Shown piece after piece: positions 1 through 11,613 of a stretch of DNA of 64,000 nt (positions within the stretch are counted from its first letter, which is position 1; the number at the start of each line of letters is the position of its first letter). The stretch spans positions 38,656 to 102,655 of the forward strand of contig CABYCL010000004.1 of assembly GCA_902517505.1 (NCBI GenBank). Direction: 5' to 3'. This DNA comes from an uncultured SAR86 cluster bacterium (GTDB lineage Bacteria; Pseudomonadota; Gammaproteobacteria; Magnimaribacterales; D2472). The translations under genes were made by a program, and so were the position numbers. The notes beneath the pieces are model-generated. The model was not told the origin of the DNA. It did not search any database and saw only the letters and a program-made list of their open reading frames with translations.

Positions 1-2
1 CT

Positions 3-545
3 AAAAGCTACACAAATATCATTTTTCAAAGTATTCCTTCTGTGAAATTTTTTAATGATGATGAGTTTTTAAAGAATAAGAATATTTATTCAATGGGAAC
101 TTCCACCCAAAATTATTTATCACAAAAAGGAATAATATCCATTTGTCCAGATGTGCCGGGCTCTAAGGAATTGATTAAAATTCTGGCTAAAAATAAAAAC
201 AATGGAAAATACTTAGTTGTAAAAGGTGCAGATGGATTAAATGATGTATTTAATTATTTAAAAGAAAGTGGTGAAGATGTTCAAGAGATAATTTGCTATA
301 AAAGATTCAAATTAGATAGCTATAAAGATATTAAAAAAGATTTTTATAACGCTGATGCTATTATTTTCTCAAGCACCTATGCTGTAGAAATATTTTTTCA
401 TGAGGTCTATTCGGCAGACATAAATGCAACATTCTTTGGTATATCAAACAGAATAATTAAGTTCATATCTGATTGTGGTTATAAAGCAAAGTTTATAGAT
501 TACTTCTCCGAAGATATTTTAGAATCGATAAAAAAATCTATTTAG
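3..545 (+). CDS. hemD: Uroporphyrinogen-III synthase (5' truncated by window edge)
   Basis: Frame is open from position 3 ([14 protein letters not shown]...). Has HemD-like motifs (MGTST, KGADG..., CYKR, IIFSS..AV). Confidence 0.8.
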   Translation, partial: KSYTNIIFQSIPSVKFFNDDEFLKNKNIYSMGTSTQNYLSQKGIISICPDVPGSKELIKILAKNKNNGKYLVVKGADGLNDVFNYLKESGEDVQEIICYKRFKLDSYKDIKKDFYNADAIIFSSTYAVEIFFHEVYSADINATFFGISNRIIKFISDCGYKAKFIDYFSEDILESIKKSI

Positions 546-1815
546 ATTTCTTTCCGTTGCCATTCTTCATTGAGTTGAAGAATTCATCATTGGTCTTATG
601 TGTTTTAATTCTGTCTATTAGGAATTGAATTGCTTGCGCGTCCTCCATTTCATCAAGAATTTTTCTTAAAACCCACATTCTTTGTAATTCATCATCTGTT
701 GTTAAAAGATCTTCTCTTCTTGTTCCAGATCTTCTAATATTTATTGCAGGATATATTCTTTTTTCAGCAATCTTTCTTTCAAGATGGATTTCCATATTTC
801 CTGTACCTTTAAATTCCTCATAAATTACTTCATCCATCTTTGAACCAGTTTCAACTAATGCTGTTGCAATAATCGTTAAACTGCCACCTTCTTCAAGATT
901 TCTTGCAGCCCCAAAAAATCTTTTTGGTCTCTCTAAAGCATTAGAGTCTACTCCACCACTTAATATTTTTCCTGATGCAGGCTGAACTGAGTTATAAGCT
1001 CTCCCTAAACGAGTAATAGAATCTAATAAAATAACGACATCTTTCTTGTGTTCGACTAGTCTCTTAGCTTTTTCAATAACCATATTAGCAACTTGAACGT
1101 GTCTTGTTGGTGGTTCATCGAATGTGCTTGCAACTACTTCTCCCTTAACTGTTCTTGACATATCAGTAACTTCTTCAGGTCTCTCATCTATAAGCAAAAC
1201 AATTAGCTCAACTTCAGGATTATTGCTTTTAATTGAATGAGCAATACTTTGAAGCATAAGTGTTTTACCAGCTTTAGGCGGAGAAACAATTAATCCTCTC
1301 TGGCCTTTTCCAACTGGAGCAATCAAATCAATAATTCTTGATGAAAGATCCTCATTTGAACCACTTCCTTGTTCAAGCATTAACCTTTCAGTTGGGAAAA
1401 GAGGAGTTAAATTTTCAAAAAGGATTTTATTTTTTGTTTTTGCTGGTTCCTCACCATTTATCGTATCAACCTGAATTAAGGCAAAATATCTTTCTTTATC
1501 TTTAGGAGTTCGTATTTTCCCCGCAACAGAATCTCCTTTTCTTAATCCAAACTTTCTAATCTGGCTTGGTGAAACATATATATCATCCTCACCAGCACAA
1601 TATGATCCTTGAGGAGATCTTAAAAAACCAAAACCATCATTTAAAATTTCAAGAACCCCTCCTCCGTAAATATCGGTTCCTTCAGAAGCTTTATGTTTAA
1701 AAATTCTAAATATTATTTCTTGTTTTTTAAGCCTACCTAAATCCTCCAAGCCAAGCTCGGTTGCTATATCAACTAACTCACTGATAGGTTTATCTTTTAC
1801 TTCACTAAGATTCAT
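538..1815 (-). CDS. rho: Transcription termination factor Rho
   Basis: GFGFLRS RNA-binding motif, PPKAGKT P-loop, [14 protein letters not shown]. Confidence 0.99.
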   Translation of the reverse strand: MNLSEVKDKPISELVDIATELGLEDLGRLKKQEIIFRIFKHKASEGTDIYGGGVLEILNDGFGFLRSPQGSYCAGEDDIYVSPSQIRKFGLRKGDSVAGKIRTPKDKERYFALIQVDTINGEEPAKTKNKILFENLTPLFPTERLMLEQGSGSNEDLSSRIIDLIAPVGKGQRGLIVSPPKAGKTLMLQSIAHSIKSNNPEVELIVLLIDERPEEVTDMSRTVKGEVVASTFDEPPTRHVQVANMVIEKAKRLVEHKKDVVILLDSITRLGRAYNSVQPASGKILSGGVDSNALERPKRFFGAARNLEEGGSLTIIATALVETGSKMDEVIYEEFKGTGNMEIHLERKIAEKRIYPAINIRRSGTRREDLLTTDDELQRMWVLRKILDEMEDAQAIQFLIDRIKTHKTNDEFFNSMKNGNGKKSK

Positions 1816-1927
1816 ATAATTATTCCACTATTTTTAATTTGAAAAGATTGTAAATGGAAGGATTAATAACTCTGGATTTGAAAATGATAACTCTTTTTAA
1901 CTAAGATGCAAAGTTATATATTCAAAA

Positions 1928-2254
1928 TTAAACTTTTGATCTTATGAATTCATCAAGTTGTAATTTTGTAAGAGCCCCTATTTCAGTTCCAATAAGATCA
2001 CCATTTTTAAAAATCATTAATGTAGGAATTGATCTAATGCCATACTCAGCTGCTGTTTCTCTATTTGTATCAACATCCATTTTGCAAACTATTATTTTGT
2101 CTTTAAATTCTTTGGATGCCTCTTCAACAAGAGGGCCAAGTTGTTTGCATGGACCGCACCATTCTGCCCAGAAATCTACTAATACCGGGCCATCTGAATT
2201 TAAAACTTTATTAACAAAATCTTCTTTATTTTGGATTTCAAGAACATTACTCAT
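1928..2254 (-). CDS. trxA: Thioredoxin 1
   Basis: WCGPCK active site and canonical trxA-rho order. Confidence 0.98.
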   Translation of the reverse strand: MSNVLEIQNKEDFVNKVLNSDGPVLVDFWAEWCGPCKQLGPLVEEASKEFKDKIIVCKMDVDTNRETAAEYGIRSIPTLMIFKNGDLIGTEIGALTKLQLDEFIRSKV

Positions 2255-3249
2255 TAGTTATTTATCTCCTTTGATATATCCTTAGCTGCGTAAGAAAGAA
2301 TAGCATCTGCTCCAGCTCTTTTAATACTAATTAATGATTCTAACATAACCCCTTCATCAAGCCATTCTTGTTTAATTGCAAGTTTTAGCATGCTGAATTC
2401 TCCACTTACTTGATATGCAAAAGTTGGAACTTTAAAACTATCTTTAATTAGATGAATTATATCTAAATATGGCATTGCAGGCTTAACCATAACAATATCT
2501 GCACCTTCAGAAATATCTAAAGCAACTTCATGAAGCGCTTCATCTTTATTGCCGATATTCATCTGATAGGATGACTTTGATGATTTGCCTAAATTTGAAG
2601 ATGATTTAACAGCATCTCTAAAAGGCCCATAAAATTTAGAATTATATTTAGCTGCATACGAAAGTAATATTGTATTTTTAAAATTCTCTTCCTCTAGCGC
2701 ATTTCTAATTACACCAATTCTTCCATCCATCATATCTGAGGGTGCAAGTATATCAGCACCTGCATCAGCTAATAATAATGATTGATCCGTTAGTACTTTA
2801 ATTGTTTCATCATTTTGAACCTCATCACCTTTAAGGATTCCATCGTGACCATGATCTGTATATGGATCTAGTGCGATATCTGCTATTAGAATAATTTCAG
2901 GAAATTCTTCTTTAATTTTCTTAATGGAATCTGATATAAAATTATTTTTATTAACTGCTTCGCTTCCTATACTGTCTTTCTTTGATGATTCTATAACCGG
3001 AAAAACAGCAATAGTATTTATGCCTGCATTAATAATTTCTTCGATTTCTTTTAGTGCGTTCGTAATACCAAACCTAAGAATATTTGGCATTGAATCAATT
3101 GTTTCTTCACCATCAAAATTTTCTTTTATAAATATAGGCTGAATAAGATCGCTAGAAGTCAACTTAGTTTCTGAAACAAGATCAATAATGCTTGAATTTT
3201 GCCTCAACCTTCTTAAGCGAGTATTAGGATATTTTCTATCAATAGGCAT
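2254..3249 (-). CDS. hemB: Porphobilinogen synthase (Asp-rich, non-Zn type)
   Basis: ALDPYTDHGHDG metal region, SDMMDGR, VMVKPA. Confidence 0.98.
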   Translation of the reverse strand: MPIDRKYPNTRLRRLRQNSSIIDLVSETKLTSSDLIQPIFIKENFDGEETIDSMPNILRFGITNALKEIEEIINAGINTIAVFPVIESSKKDSIGSEAVNKNNFISDSIKKIKEEFPEIILIADIALDPYTDHGHDGILKGDEVQNDETIKVLTDQSLLLADAGADILAPSDMMDGRIGVIRNALEEENFKNTILLSYAAKYNSKFYGPFRDAVKSSSNLGKSSKSSYQMNIGNKDEALHEVALDISEGADIVMVKPAMPYLDIIHLIKDSFKVPTFAYQVSGEFSMLKLAIKQEWLDEGVMLESLISIKRAGADAILSYAAKDISKEINN

Positions 3250-3250
3250 T

Positions 3251-4909
3251 TTAATCAGTTATTGCTCCCAAACTTGCAGACTTTACGCTTTCGGCATATT
3301 TAGAAAGAACACCTTTTTTGGGGCCTTCTATTGGATTCTTCCAATTAGATTTCCTTTTAGCAATTTCATCCACATCTACTTTTAAGATCAATTGATCATT
3401 ATCAGCATCAATTAAAATAGTATCTCCATCTTCTATTAACGCTATAAGTCCACCATCTGCAGCTTCTGGAGAAACATGACCAACAACAAAACCATGAGTT
3501 CCTCCTGAAAATCTACCATCTGTTATAAAGGCAATTTTATTTCCTAGTCCTAGGCCCATAATTGCAGAAGTTGGCTTGAGCATCTCTCGCATACCCGGAC
3601 CACCTTTTGGTCCTTCATACCTAATAACAACAACATCACCCTCAATGATCTTATTTGATAATATTGCCTCAACTCCTTCCTCTTCAGAATTAAAAACTTT
3701 CGCCTTTCCTTCAAAAGAAGTGCCTTCTTTTCCAGTTATCTTTGCAACAGCTCCATCCTTAGCTAGATTTCCATATAGTATTCTTAAATGACTATCTTCT
3801 TTGATAGGATCTTCAAAAGATTTAATAATTTCGTTATTTTCATAAGACTTTATAGCTTGAAGGTTTTCTTCAAGAGTGTTTCCGGTGACGGTCATGCATT
3901 TTCCATGAAGTAATCCTCTATCAAGCAGATTCTTCATCAATGGTTGAATCCCTCCGTTTGCGTTTAGTTCTGACATATAGTGTTTTCCAAATGGTTTAAG
4001 ATCAGCCAAAACAGGTGTTTTCTTACCGATTTTTGTAAAATCATCTAAACACAGATTAACTCCAATAGAATGAGCCATAGCCAATAAATGAAGAACTGCA
4101 TTTGTCGATCCTCCAAGAGCAATTACAACTGTTATAGCATTTTCAAATGCTTCTCTTGTCATAATATCTGAGGGTTTTATATCCTTTTCTAATAAATTCA
4201 TTATTGCAACCCCAGCATTAATACAATCATTGTTTTTTGAATCTGAAATAGCATCTTGGCTGCTGCTTCCAGGCAAGCTCATTCCAAGAGCCTCAATGGC
4301 AGAGGCCATTGTATTTGCTGTATACATTCCACCACATGATCCAGGTCCCTCAACTGAAATCTTTTCGTAATGAATTAATTCCTTCTCATTTATTGAGCCT
4401 TTAGAGAACTCACCAACTTTTTCAGAGACAGTGACGTAATCTGTATTTTCATTGCTTGGTTTTATTGAACCTCCGTAAATAAAAATTGATGGTCTATTTA
4501 ATCTAGCAATACCAATTAAACATCCCGGCATATTCTTATCACAACCACCAATAGTAATTAGCCCATCGTAAGCTAAACATCCAACTACGGTTTCAATAGA
4601 GTCAGCAATCACTTCTCTAGAAATAAGAGAATATTTCATTCCTTGAGTTCCCATAGAAATGCCATCAGAAACAGTAATAGTATTAAATAAGACGCCCTTA
4701 CCTCCAGAAGAATTAACTGAATCTTCTACAACCTCTGAAAGTTCATTAATATGCATATTACAAGGTGTCACTTTTGCACCTGTTGAAGCAATGCCCACAA
4801 AAGGTTTGGAAAAATCTTCAGTTGTGAATCCAGCGCCGCGCAACATAGATCGAGATGCAGCCTGATTTGGTCCATCGACTAGTTCTTTAGAATATTTTCT
4901 TGTGCTCAT
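3251..4909 (-). CDS. ilvD: Dihydroxy-acid dehydratase
   Basis: PCNMH, GCDKN, CGGMYTANTM, GPKGGPGMREM, TDGRFSGGT. Confidence 0.97.
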   Translation of the reverse strand: MSTRKYSKELVDGPNQAASRSMLRGAGFTTEDFSKPFVGIASTGAKVTPCNMHINELSEVVEDSVNSSGGKGVLFNTITVSDGISMGTQGMKYSLISREVIADSIETVVGCLAYDGLITIGGCDKNMPGCLIGIARLNRPSIFIYGGSIKPSNENTDYVTVSEKVGEFSKGSINEKELIHYEKISVEGPGSCGGMYTANTMASAIEALGMSLPGSSSQDAISDSKNNDCINAGVAIMNLLEKDIKPSDIMTREAFENAITVVIALGGSTNAVLHLLAMAHSIGVNLCLDDFTKIGKKTPVLADLKPFGKHYMSELNANGGIQPLMKNLLDRGLLHGKCMTVTGNTLEENLQAIKSYENNEIIKSFEDPIKEDSHLRILYGNLAKDGAVAKITGKEGTSFEGKAKVFNSEEEGVEAILSNKIIEGDVVVIRYEGPKGGPGMREMLKPTSAIMGLGLGNKIAFITDGRFSGGTHGFVVGHVSPEAADGGLIALIEDGDTILIDADNDQLILKVDVDEIAKRKSNWKNPIEGPKKGVLSKYAESVKSASLGAITD

Positions 4910-4924
4910 TTTGCTATCATTTTC

Positions 4925-6511
4925 TCAATCGGATGCGTATCTTAACGCAGCTGAGAGCAATTTTTTAGTATATTTTTCTTTTGGATAATCAAAAACTTCA
5001 TTTGATAGACCAGATTCTACTATTTTTCCATCCTTCATGACAAAAATATAATCAGACATGGACCTAATTACTTTTAAATCATGGCTAATAAAAAGGTATG
5101 TTAATTTATATTCATTTTGGATATCTTTTAGTAAATTAATCACTTGAATTTGGATTGACCTATCTAAGGCAGAGGTTGGTTCATCTAAAATCATAAACGT
5201 TGGATTCATAATCAAGGATCTTGCTATAGCTATTCTTTGACGTTGTCCTCCTGAAAATTCATGCGGATATTTATTCTTGGCATTAAGCTCTATTCCTACA
5301 TCACTTAATACTTTGTCGATCCTTGATTGGGATTCATCTTTTGAAAGCTTGAAATGAACCTCTAAACCTTCTCCAACTATTTCACCAATTGTCATTCTAG
5401 GCGACAAAGATCCATATGGATCCTGAAAGACTATCTGAATATCTTTTTTTAATTCCTTTGAAGACTTTGATATATCTTGTCCATTAAAAAAAATGCTACC
5501 TTCATATTTTGTTAAATTAGCAATTGCTTTCCCTAAGGTCGATTTACCTGAACCAGATTCGCCCACTAAACCGATTGTTGTATTTTCATATATATTCAAT
5601 GAGGTATCTTTTACCGCATGAAACTTATTCGTCTTAAATGGATTAATGCTAGGCATGTCATAAAAAACATCTAGGCTTTTTATTTCAATTAAAGCATTTT
5701 CTTGATGATTGATATCAGTTTTAGGTTGAGGCTCAGCTTTGAGTAACTTTTGAGTATACGTATGTTGTGGATTTTCAAAAACATTAGAGGTGTCTCCACT
5801 TTCTACTATGTTTCCATTTTGCATAACACAAACCTGATCAGAGAATTCTTTAACTAATCCAAGATCATGAGTTATAAAAAGTATTGACATTCCGAGCTCC
5901 CTTTTCAATTTTGACATTAAATCTAAAATTTGAGCTTGAATGGTTACATCTAATGCAGTTGTAGGCTCGTCTGCAATTAATAATTTAGGTTTATTAACTA
6001 AAGCCATTGCAATCATTATTCTTTGACGCTGACCACCAGATAACTCATGAGGATATGAATTAAATCTCCTTTCCACATCATCAATTTCTACTAGTTTCAT
6101 TAAGTCTATTGCTTCAGATTTTGCTTCTTTTTTGGAAGAAGCTGAATGAAGTAAAACTGATTCTGATATTTGATCTCCAACTCTATGATATGGATTTAAG
6201 GAAGTCATCGGCTCTTGAAATACCATTGAAATAATATTTCCCCTCAATGATAGTAATTCTTTTTTTGTGGCATTAATAATCTCATTAGAATCAAATTTAA
6301 TTGACGATTGACTTGAATATGATGATTGAGGAGATGGAAGGAGCTGCATAATTGACATTGCTGTAACTGATTTTCCTGAACCCGACTCACCAACTAAGGC
6401 TAAAGTTTTATTTTGTTCTATGTCAAAGCTAATATTATCGACTGCTCGAAATACACCGTCTCTAATTTTAAAATCAATACTTAAATTTCTTACTTCTACA
6501 ATGTTTTTCAT
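4925..6511 (-). CDS. Double-domain peptide ABC transporter ATPase (YejF/DppD-F-like)
   Basis: Two GESGSGKS Walker A motifs, two YPHE(L/F)SGGQRQR signatures, DEPT Walker B. Confidence 0.93.
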   Translation of the reverse strand: MKNIVEVRNLSIDFKIRDGVFRAVDNISFDIEQNKTLALVGESGSGKSVTAMSIMQLLPSPQSSYSSQSSIKFDSNEIINATKKELLSLRGNIISMVFQEPMTSLNPYHRVGDQISESVLLHSASSKKEAKSEAIDLMKLVEIDDVERRFNSYPHELSGGQRQRIMIAMALVNKPKLLIADEPTTALDVTIQAQILDLMSKLKRELGMSILFITHDLGLVKEFSDQVCVMQNGNIVESGDTSNVFENPQHTYTQKLLKAEPQPKTDINHQENALIEIKSLDVFYDMPSINPFKTNKFHAVKDTSLNIYENTTIGLVGESGSGKSTLGKAIANLTKYEGSIFFNGQDISKSSKELKKDIQIVFQDPYGSLSPRMTIGEIVGEGLEVHFKLSKDESQSRIDKVLSDVGIELNAKNKYPHEFSGGQRQRIAIARSLIMNPTFMILDEPTSALDRSIQIQVINLLKDIQNEYKLTYLFISHDLKVIRSMSDYIFVMKDGKIVESGLSNEVFDYPKEKYTKKLLSAALRYASD

Positions 6512-7518
6512 AATATTTCTTTATAGGCTGATAAAAAATCATTTACTGCTTTCTTTGCCGACTTTAATCTTGTCATGGAAGCAAATCCATGAAATAAAGA
6601 TGGATAATGTAATTGTTTCACATAAGTACCATTTTGATGAAGTAAAAAGGCATATTTTTCTCCTTCATCAGACAATGGATCAAATCCAGCAGTAATAATG
6701 ATAGTGTTAGGAAGTTTTTTCTTTGAATCAAGAAGCAAAAGATTGAATGTATTTAAATTGTTATCTTTATCCGAGCTTCTAAATTTATCCCAAAACCATT
6801 CCATCGCATTTTTAGTTAATAAATAACCTTCTTTAAATAATTCAATAGATTCTGAATCGCAATTTGGGTCACACATAGGATATATTAAAAACTGACTATG
6901 AACATTTTCTCTATTTTCATTAGCAAGAGTATTTGTTACAGAAGCTGCAAGATGAGCGCCTGCACTATCACCGCATAAACTAATATTACTTATCTCAATA
7001 TCATTTTGAATAAGCCAATCGATTGAATAAAGAGCTTCGTTCAAGGCATCTGGAAATTTATTTTCTGGAGACAAGCTATATTCTAAAGAATATATCTTTG
7101 TTCTTAACTTTTCTGAAAAATACGCAACTGTTGGATCATGAGTATCAACTGAATTTAATACATACCCACCACCATGAAAGTACAGAATTACATTCTCATT
7201 ATCAGTTTTATATGGAATATATTCTCTGATTAAAAGATTCTTGTCTTTCCCAATTAAATGATCAGTCGTTTTTACTTTCTTTTTAGTTGTACTTGCCATC
7301 CTTATATTTTTTCTTCTTTCATTTATTAAGTCTCTCACTTTGGGAATTTCATTATCTTTTATTAAGTGCAAATCAAACTTAGGCATTAAAGCAAAGAGAA
7401 ACTTTGATTGAGCATCAAAAATATATTCTCTTTTTATATCTTTATTTAATTTATAGACAATATTAATAATCCAGACTGGAATTATAAAAAATAAATTTAT
7501 AAAGAAATTTCTTATCAT
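6508..7518 (-). CDS. Alpha/beta hydrolase, hormone-sensitive lipase family esterase
   Basis: HGGGY oxyanion motif, GDSAG nucleophile, DPL and HGF catalytic residues. Confidence 0.92.
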   Translation of the reverse strand: MIRNFFINLFFIIPVWIINIVYKLNKDIKREYIFDAQSKFLFALMPKFDLHLIKDNEIPKVRDLINERRKNIRMASTTKKKVKTTDHLIGKDKNLLIREYIPYKTDNENVILYFHGGGYVLNSVDTHDPTVAYFSEKLRTKIYSLEYSLSPENKFPDALNEALYSIDWLIQNDIEISNISLCGDSAGAHLAASVTNTLANENRENVHSQFLIYPMCDPNCDSESIELFKEGYLLTKNAMEWFWDKFRSSDKDNNLNTFNLLLLDSKKKLPNTIIITAGFDPLSDEGEKYAFLLHQNGTYVKQLHYPSLFHGFASMTRLKSAKKAVNDFLSAYKEIL

Positions 7519-7584
7519 GTAATACTAATTATAATGAAAACTTTAGCTTCACTTTGTAATTTGTGAAGTTTATCCTAGTTATTA

Positions 7585-8004
7585 ATGAAAAATATATTAT
7601 TTATCATCTCCATAATTTCATTCTTAGTTCTTGCAACCGAAGATAAAGCTTCATTTTTAAATCTTTTTGAAGATAATGAGGTTAAACCTGCTGAAGAAGT
7701 TTTCTTACTTTCATATCTTACTAAAGAATCTAAATTACATTTAAATTGGGAAATTAAAGAAAATTATTACTTATATTTAAATTCGATTCTAATTAAGCGT
7801 GGTGAAGATACTCTCGATTATGAAATTAATGAAACAAATATTATCGAACATGAAGATGAATTCTTTGGGAAAACAAAAATAATTAGAGATTCACTAAATA
7901 TTTCTATTAATGATGAAGTTAATCTTGCTCAGATTAAAGTTTTTTATCAAGGTTGTGCTGATCAAGGATTTTGCTACCCAATACAAAGTAAAGACTTGAA
8001 ATAA
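7585..8004 (+). CDS. Stand-alone DsbD N-terminal (Ig-like) domain protein with signal peptide
   Basis: W.I...YYLY, DEFFG and YQGCADQGFCYP motifs. Ends with no TM or thioredoxin domain and sits in the dsbD position before aroQ. Confidence 0.85.
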   Translation: MKNILFIISIISFLVLATEDKASFLNLFEDNEVKPAEEVFLLSYLTKESKLHLNWEIKENYYLYLNSILIKRGEDTLDYEINETNIIEHEDEFFGKTKIIRDSLNISINDEVNLAQIKVFYQGCADQGFCYPIQSKDLK

Positions 8005-8024
8005 ATTCTGTTAAAATCTGTTAA

Positions 8025-8459
8025 ATGAAAATATTAGTACTCAACGGACCAAATTTAAACATGCTTGGAGTGCGTGAAGAAGATATATACGGTTCTGAAA
8101 CTCTTAACGATATTGAAATTAAACTTCTTGAAATTGCAAAAGAATCAAACTGTATAATTAATTTTTATCAAAGTAATGCAGAACATGAGCTAATTGATTC
8201 TATTCATCAAGCTTTCAAAGATAATACTGATGCAATAATTTTTAATCCCGCTGGATATACTCATACAAGCGTTGCTTTAAGAGATGCAATTTTAGCTGTG
8301 CAAATACCTTTTTTTGAGGTTCATATCTCAGATATAGACTCAAGAGAAGACTTTAGAAAAAAATCTTTTTTTAGCGATATAGCTAAAAAAGTTTTTAGTG
8401 GTCATGGAACTGAAGGTTACACTCTTGCATTAAAAGAAGCACTTAAGATAAATAGGTAA
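8025..8459 (+). CDS. aroQ: Type II 3-dehydroquinate dehydratase
   Basis: [35 protein letters not shown]. Confidence 0.98.
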   Translation: MKILVLNGPNLNMLGVREEDIYGSETLNDIEIKLLEIAKESNCIINFYQSNAEHELIDSIHQAFKDNTDAIIFNPAGYTHTSVALRDAILAVQIPFFEVHISDIDSREDFRKKSFFSDIAKKVFSGHGTEGYTLALKEALKINR

Positions 8460-8463
8460 ATAT

Positions 8464-8640
8464 ATGGATATTAGAAAAATAAAAACACTCATAGAAATGC
8501 TGGAGAGTTCAAATTTAAATGAAATTGAGGTTAGCCAGGGAGATGAGTCAGTAAGAATTTCAAAAGGCAATGATAAAGTTAGCATTAAAAGAATAAATCA
8601 GAATCAAGTAACAGATAATAAAGTCAATGAAGTAAAATGA
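8464..8640 (+). CDS. accB: 58-aa AccB (BCCP) N-terminal fragment lacking the biotinyl domain (mini-gene or pseudogene)
   Basis: Manual translation, not in the ORF track: [58 protein letters not shown]. Matches the proteobacterial AccB start (MDIRKIKKLIEL..ES.I.E.E..EGEESVRISR) and sits directly after aroQ. Confidence 0.85.
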   Translation: MDIRKIKTLIEMLESSNLNEIEVSQGDESVRISKGNDKVSIKRINQNQVTDNKVNEVK

Positions 8641-8678
8641 GACGAAAATTCTCTAACAAAACATTCTATTAGCAAATA

Positions 8679-11084
8679 ATGAGTTCAGCCTACAAGCACA
8701 AATCTATTGAAGAAGCCATTCAAAAGAGATGGCACAAAGAAGAAAGATATGTCTCAAAAGTTGATGATAGAGAAAAATATTATTGTTTGTCGATGTTTCC
8801 CTATCCATCTGGAAAACTTCATATGGGACATGTTAGAAATTATACAATTGGAGACGTAATTTCTAGATACAAAAGAATGCAAAATTTTAATGTTTTTCAA
8901 CCAATGGGGTGGGATGCATTTGGATTACCAGCAGAAAATGCAGCTATAGCAAATAAAGTAAGTCCTTCAGATTGGACAAGCCAAAATATTGAAAATATGA
9001 AAACTCAACTTAAGTCATTGGGTTTCAGTTATGACTGGTCTAAAGAGTTAAGAACATGTGACTCAAATTATTACAAATGGGAGCAATTAATTTTCAAGAA
9101 ATTTTATGATGCTGGTTTGGTGTATAGAAAAAAATCTTTAGTTAATTGGGATCCTGTTGATGAAACAGTATTAGCTAATGAACAAGTTATTGATGGAAAA
9201 GGTTGGCGTTCAGGAGCTCAAATTGAATTAAAAGAAATTGATCAATGGTTTATAAAAATTACTGACTATGCTGAAGAGCTTCTTGATTCTCTAGATAATC
9301 TAGACTGGCCAGAAAATGTTAAGTTAATGCAAAAAAATTGGATTGGTAAGTCTAATGGTGCTGAAATAAAATACAAGATAGATGGCCAAGAAAAATACCT
9401 AACAACATTTTCAACAAGGCCCGATACTATTTTTGGGGTATCATTTCTAGCGATTTCACCTAATCATTCTTTGTCAATAGAGTTATCAGAAAACGATGAA
9501 AATATTTCAGAATTTCTAGAAAAATGTAAAGAAGCAAAGGCTGCAGAAGCTGATATTGCAAAAGCTGAAAAACTTGGTATTGATACTAATATTAAAGTTG
9601 TGCATCCTTTAACTGACAAAAAAATTCCTGTATGGATTGGAAATTTTGTTTTACTCGACTATGGAACTGGAGTTGTTATGGGAGTTCCTGGGCATGATTC
9701 AAGAGACCATGAATTTGCTTCAAAATATGATCTTGAAATCAATCAGGTTATAGAAACAGATTCAACTAAATTACCAATTATTGACAAAGGTGTGTTAGTA
9801 AATTCAGGTAAATTTGATGGTATGTCTTCAGAAGAAGCTTCACAAAAAATTATTAAAGAATTAATAGAATTAGATATAGGTAAAGAGTTGATTCAATTCA
9901 GATTACGGGATTGGGGAGTAAGCAGACAGAGATATTGGGGTTGCCCTATTCCAGTAATTTATGAAGACAGTTTACCAAAAATGGTTGACGATAAAGATAT
10001 TCCTGTTGAGCTTCCAAAATTAGCTAAAAATTCATTACCAACCCCACTTAATCAAAATGAAGATTTTAAAAATATAGGAAATAATATATTCAGAGAAAGT
10101 GATACTTTTGATACTTTTATGGACTCATCATGGTACTACGCAAGATTTACATCAGCAGATAATGACAATGAAATCTTTGATAAAAATACTAACTATTGGT
10201 TACCAGTAGATTTATATATTGGTGGTATTGAACATGCAATCCTTCATTTACTTTATTCAAGATTCTTTCATAAAGCATTGAGAGATATAGGTCTTCTAGA
10301 TGGAGATGAGCCTTTTAAGAGATTGCTTACACAAGGCATGGTTCTAAAAGATGGGGCAAAAATGTCGAAGTCAAAGGGCAATACTGTTGATCCACAACCT
10401 TACATTGAGAAATATGGAGCCGATACAGTAAGGCTATACATGATGTTTACTTCTCCCCCAGAACAAAGTCTTGAATGGAGTGAATCTTCAGTTGAAGGTG
10501 CTGCAAGATTTCTAAAAAAAGTTTGGAATCTCGTAAATGATAGACAAAATATAGAACCAAATAATAAATTTGACTTTAGTAAAGATGATCTTAAATTAAG
10601 AAGAAAGTCTCATTCTACATTGAAGAAAGTTCAACATGACTATGAAGTCAGATTTTCTTTTAATACTGCAATCGCTGCAATCATGGAGCTATTAAACTCA
10701 ATTCCTGAAAGCTATAAAGAAGAAAATGCAACCGATTCTCAAAAATTTTGTTTAAATGAAGCAATAATCTTTTCATTAAAAATGCTATCTCCAATAGCGC
10801 CTCATATATGTGAACATCTTTGGAATAATTTTCATACAAGTGAATCATGTATTGAATCTTCTTGGCCAAAATTTGATGAAGATATAATTAAATCTGAAGA
10901 ATTTGAATTAATAATTCAAGTTAATGGCAAGTTGAGAGGCAAAATTAATATAGATAAGAATTTAGAAGAGCAAGAAATTAAAAATATTGCCCTTGAAGTA
11001 GATAACGTAAGTAACAACATTGGTGAGAATCAAATTAAAAAAGTTATTTATGTAAAAGATAAATTAATTAATTTTGTAATTTAA
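8679..11084 (+). CDS. leuS: Leucine--tRNA ligase
   Basis: MFPYPSG.LHMGH, SRQRYWG, KMSKS. Confidence 0.99.
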   Translation: MSSAYKHKSIEEAIQKRWHKEERYVSKVDDREKYYCLSMFPYPSGKLHMGHVRNYTIGDVISRYKRMQNFNVFQPMGWDAFGLPAENAAIANKVSPSDWTSQNIENMKTQLKSLGFSYDWSKELRTCDSNYYKWEQLIFKKFYDAGLVYRKKSLVNWDPVDETVLANEQVIDGKGWRSGAQIELKEIDQWFIKITDYAEELLDSLDNLDWPENVKLMQKNWIGKSNGAEIKYKIDGQEKYLTTFSTRPDTIFGVSFLAISPNHSLSIELSENDENISEFLEKCKEAKAAEADIAKAEKLGIDTNIKVVHPLTDKKIPVWIGNFVLLDYGTGVVMGVPGHDSRDHEFASKYDLEINQVIETDSTKLPIIDKGVLVNSGKFDGMSSEEASQKIIKELIELDIGKELIQFRLRDWGVSRQRYWGCPIPVIYEDSLPKMVDDKDIPVELPKLAKNSLPTPLNQNEDFKNIGNNIFRESDTFDTFMDSSWYYARFTSADNDNEIFDKNTNYWLPVDLYIGGIEHAILHLLYSRFFHKALRDIGLLDGDEPFKRLLTQGMVLKDGAKMSKSKGNTVDPQPYIEKYGADTVRLYMMFTSPPEQSLEWSESSVEGAARFLKKVWNLVNDRQNIEPNNKFDFSKDDLKLRRKSHSTLKKVQHDYEVRFSFNTAIAAIMELLNSIPESYKEENATDSQKFCLNEAIIFSLKMLSPIAPHICEHLWNNFHTSESCIESSWPKFDEDIIKSEEFELIIQVNGKLRGKINIDKNLEEQEIKNIALEVDNVSNNIGENQIKKVIYVKDKLINFVI

Positions 11085-11124
11085 ATACATTTCTGTTCGC
11101 TAAACATTTAATATATCCATAAAT

Positions 11125-11613
11125 ATGATTTATAAAAAAGAATTGCTTTTAGTATTGGTATGTTTTGTTATTTCTTCATGCAACATGACCGAATATAAAC
11201 AACTTAAAATTGATAATGGAAAGTATTACTTCACATATAACCAAGATATACCTTTTTCATTACAAGAAAAAATTAACTCTATGATTGGTCAAAGTTCTTA
11301 TAGTGATAATAGTAAAAAGTCTGAAATACATATTATTAAATATGAATTAAGAGCATATGACATATATTCCGGTTCTGCACTTCGAGCCTTAGAGAAAGAA
11401 ATAAAAGCAACTATAAGCTTTAATGTAAAGTCTGGTAATTCAATGAATATGGATCATTCAATGGATACAAAAAGTGTGAACATTATGAAAAGATTTAGTG
11501 CAATTGAGTTGAATCCATTGGCTAACAATGAAATGACGAAATTTATGGAAAGTGAAGCCTTAAATGACCTAATAGATCAATTAATAATAGAGGTAAGTTT
11601 AATTGATTTGTGA
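11125..11613 (+). CDS. lptE: Lipoprotein, probable divergent LptE
   Basis: Lipobox VISSC, appropriate size and leuS-X-holA synteny. Sequence similarity is weak. Confidence 0.6.
   Translation: MIYKKELLLVLVCFVISSCNMTEYKQLKIDNGKYYFTYNQDIPFSLQEKINSMIGQSSYSDNSKKSEIHIIKYELRAYDIYSGSALRALEKEIKATISFNVKSGNSMNMDHSMDTKSVNIMKRFSAIELNPLANNEMTKFMESEALNDLIDQLIIEVSLIDL

Noticed and set aside
11436..11470. Short duplication ATTCAATG(A/G)ATA in the lptE-like gene
   Set aside because: It is a small in-frame coding duplication with no sign of a larger repeat structure.
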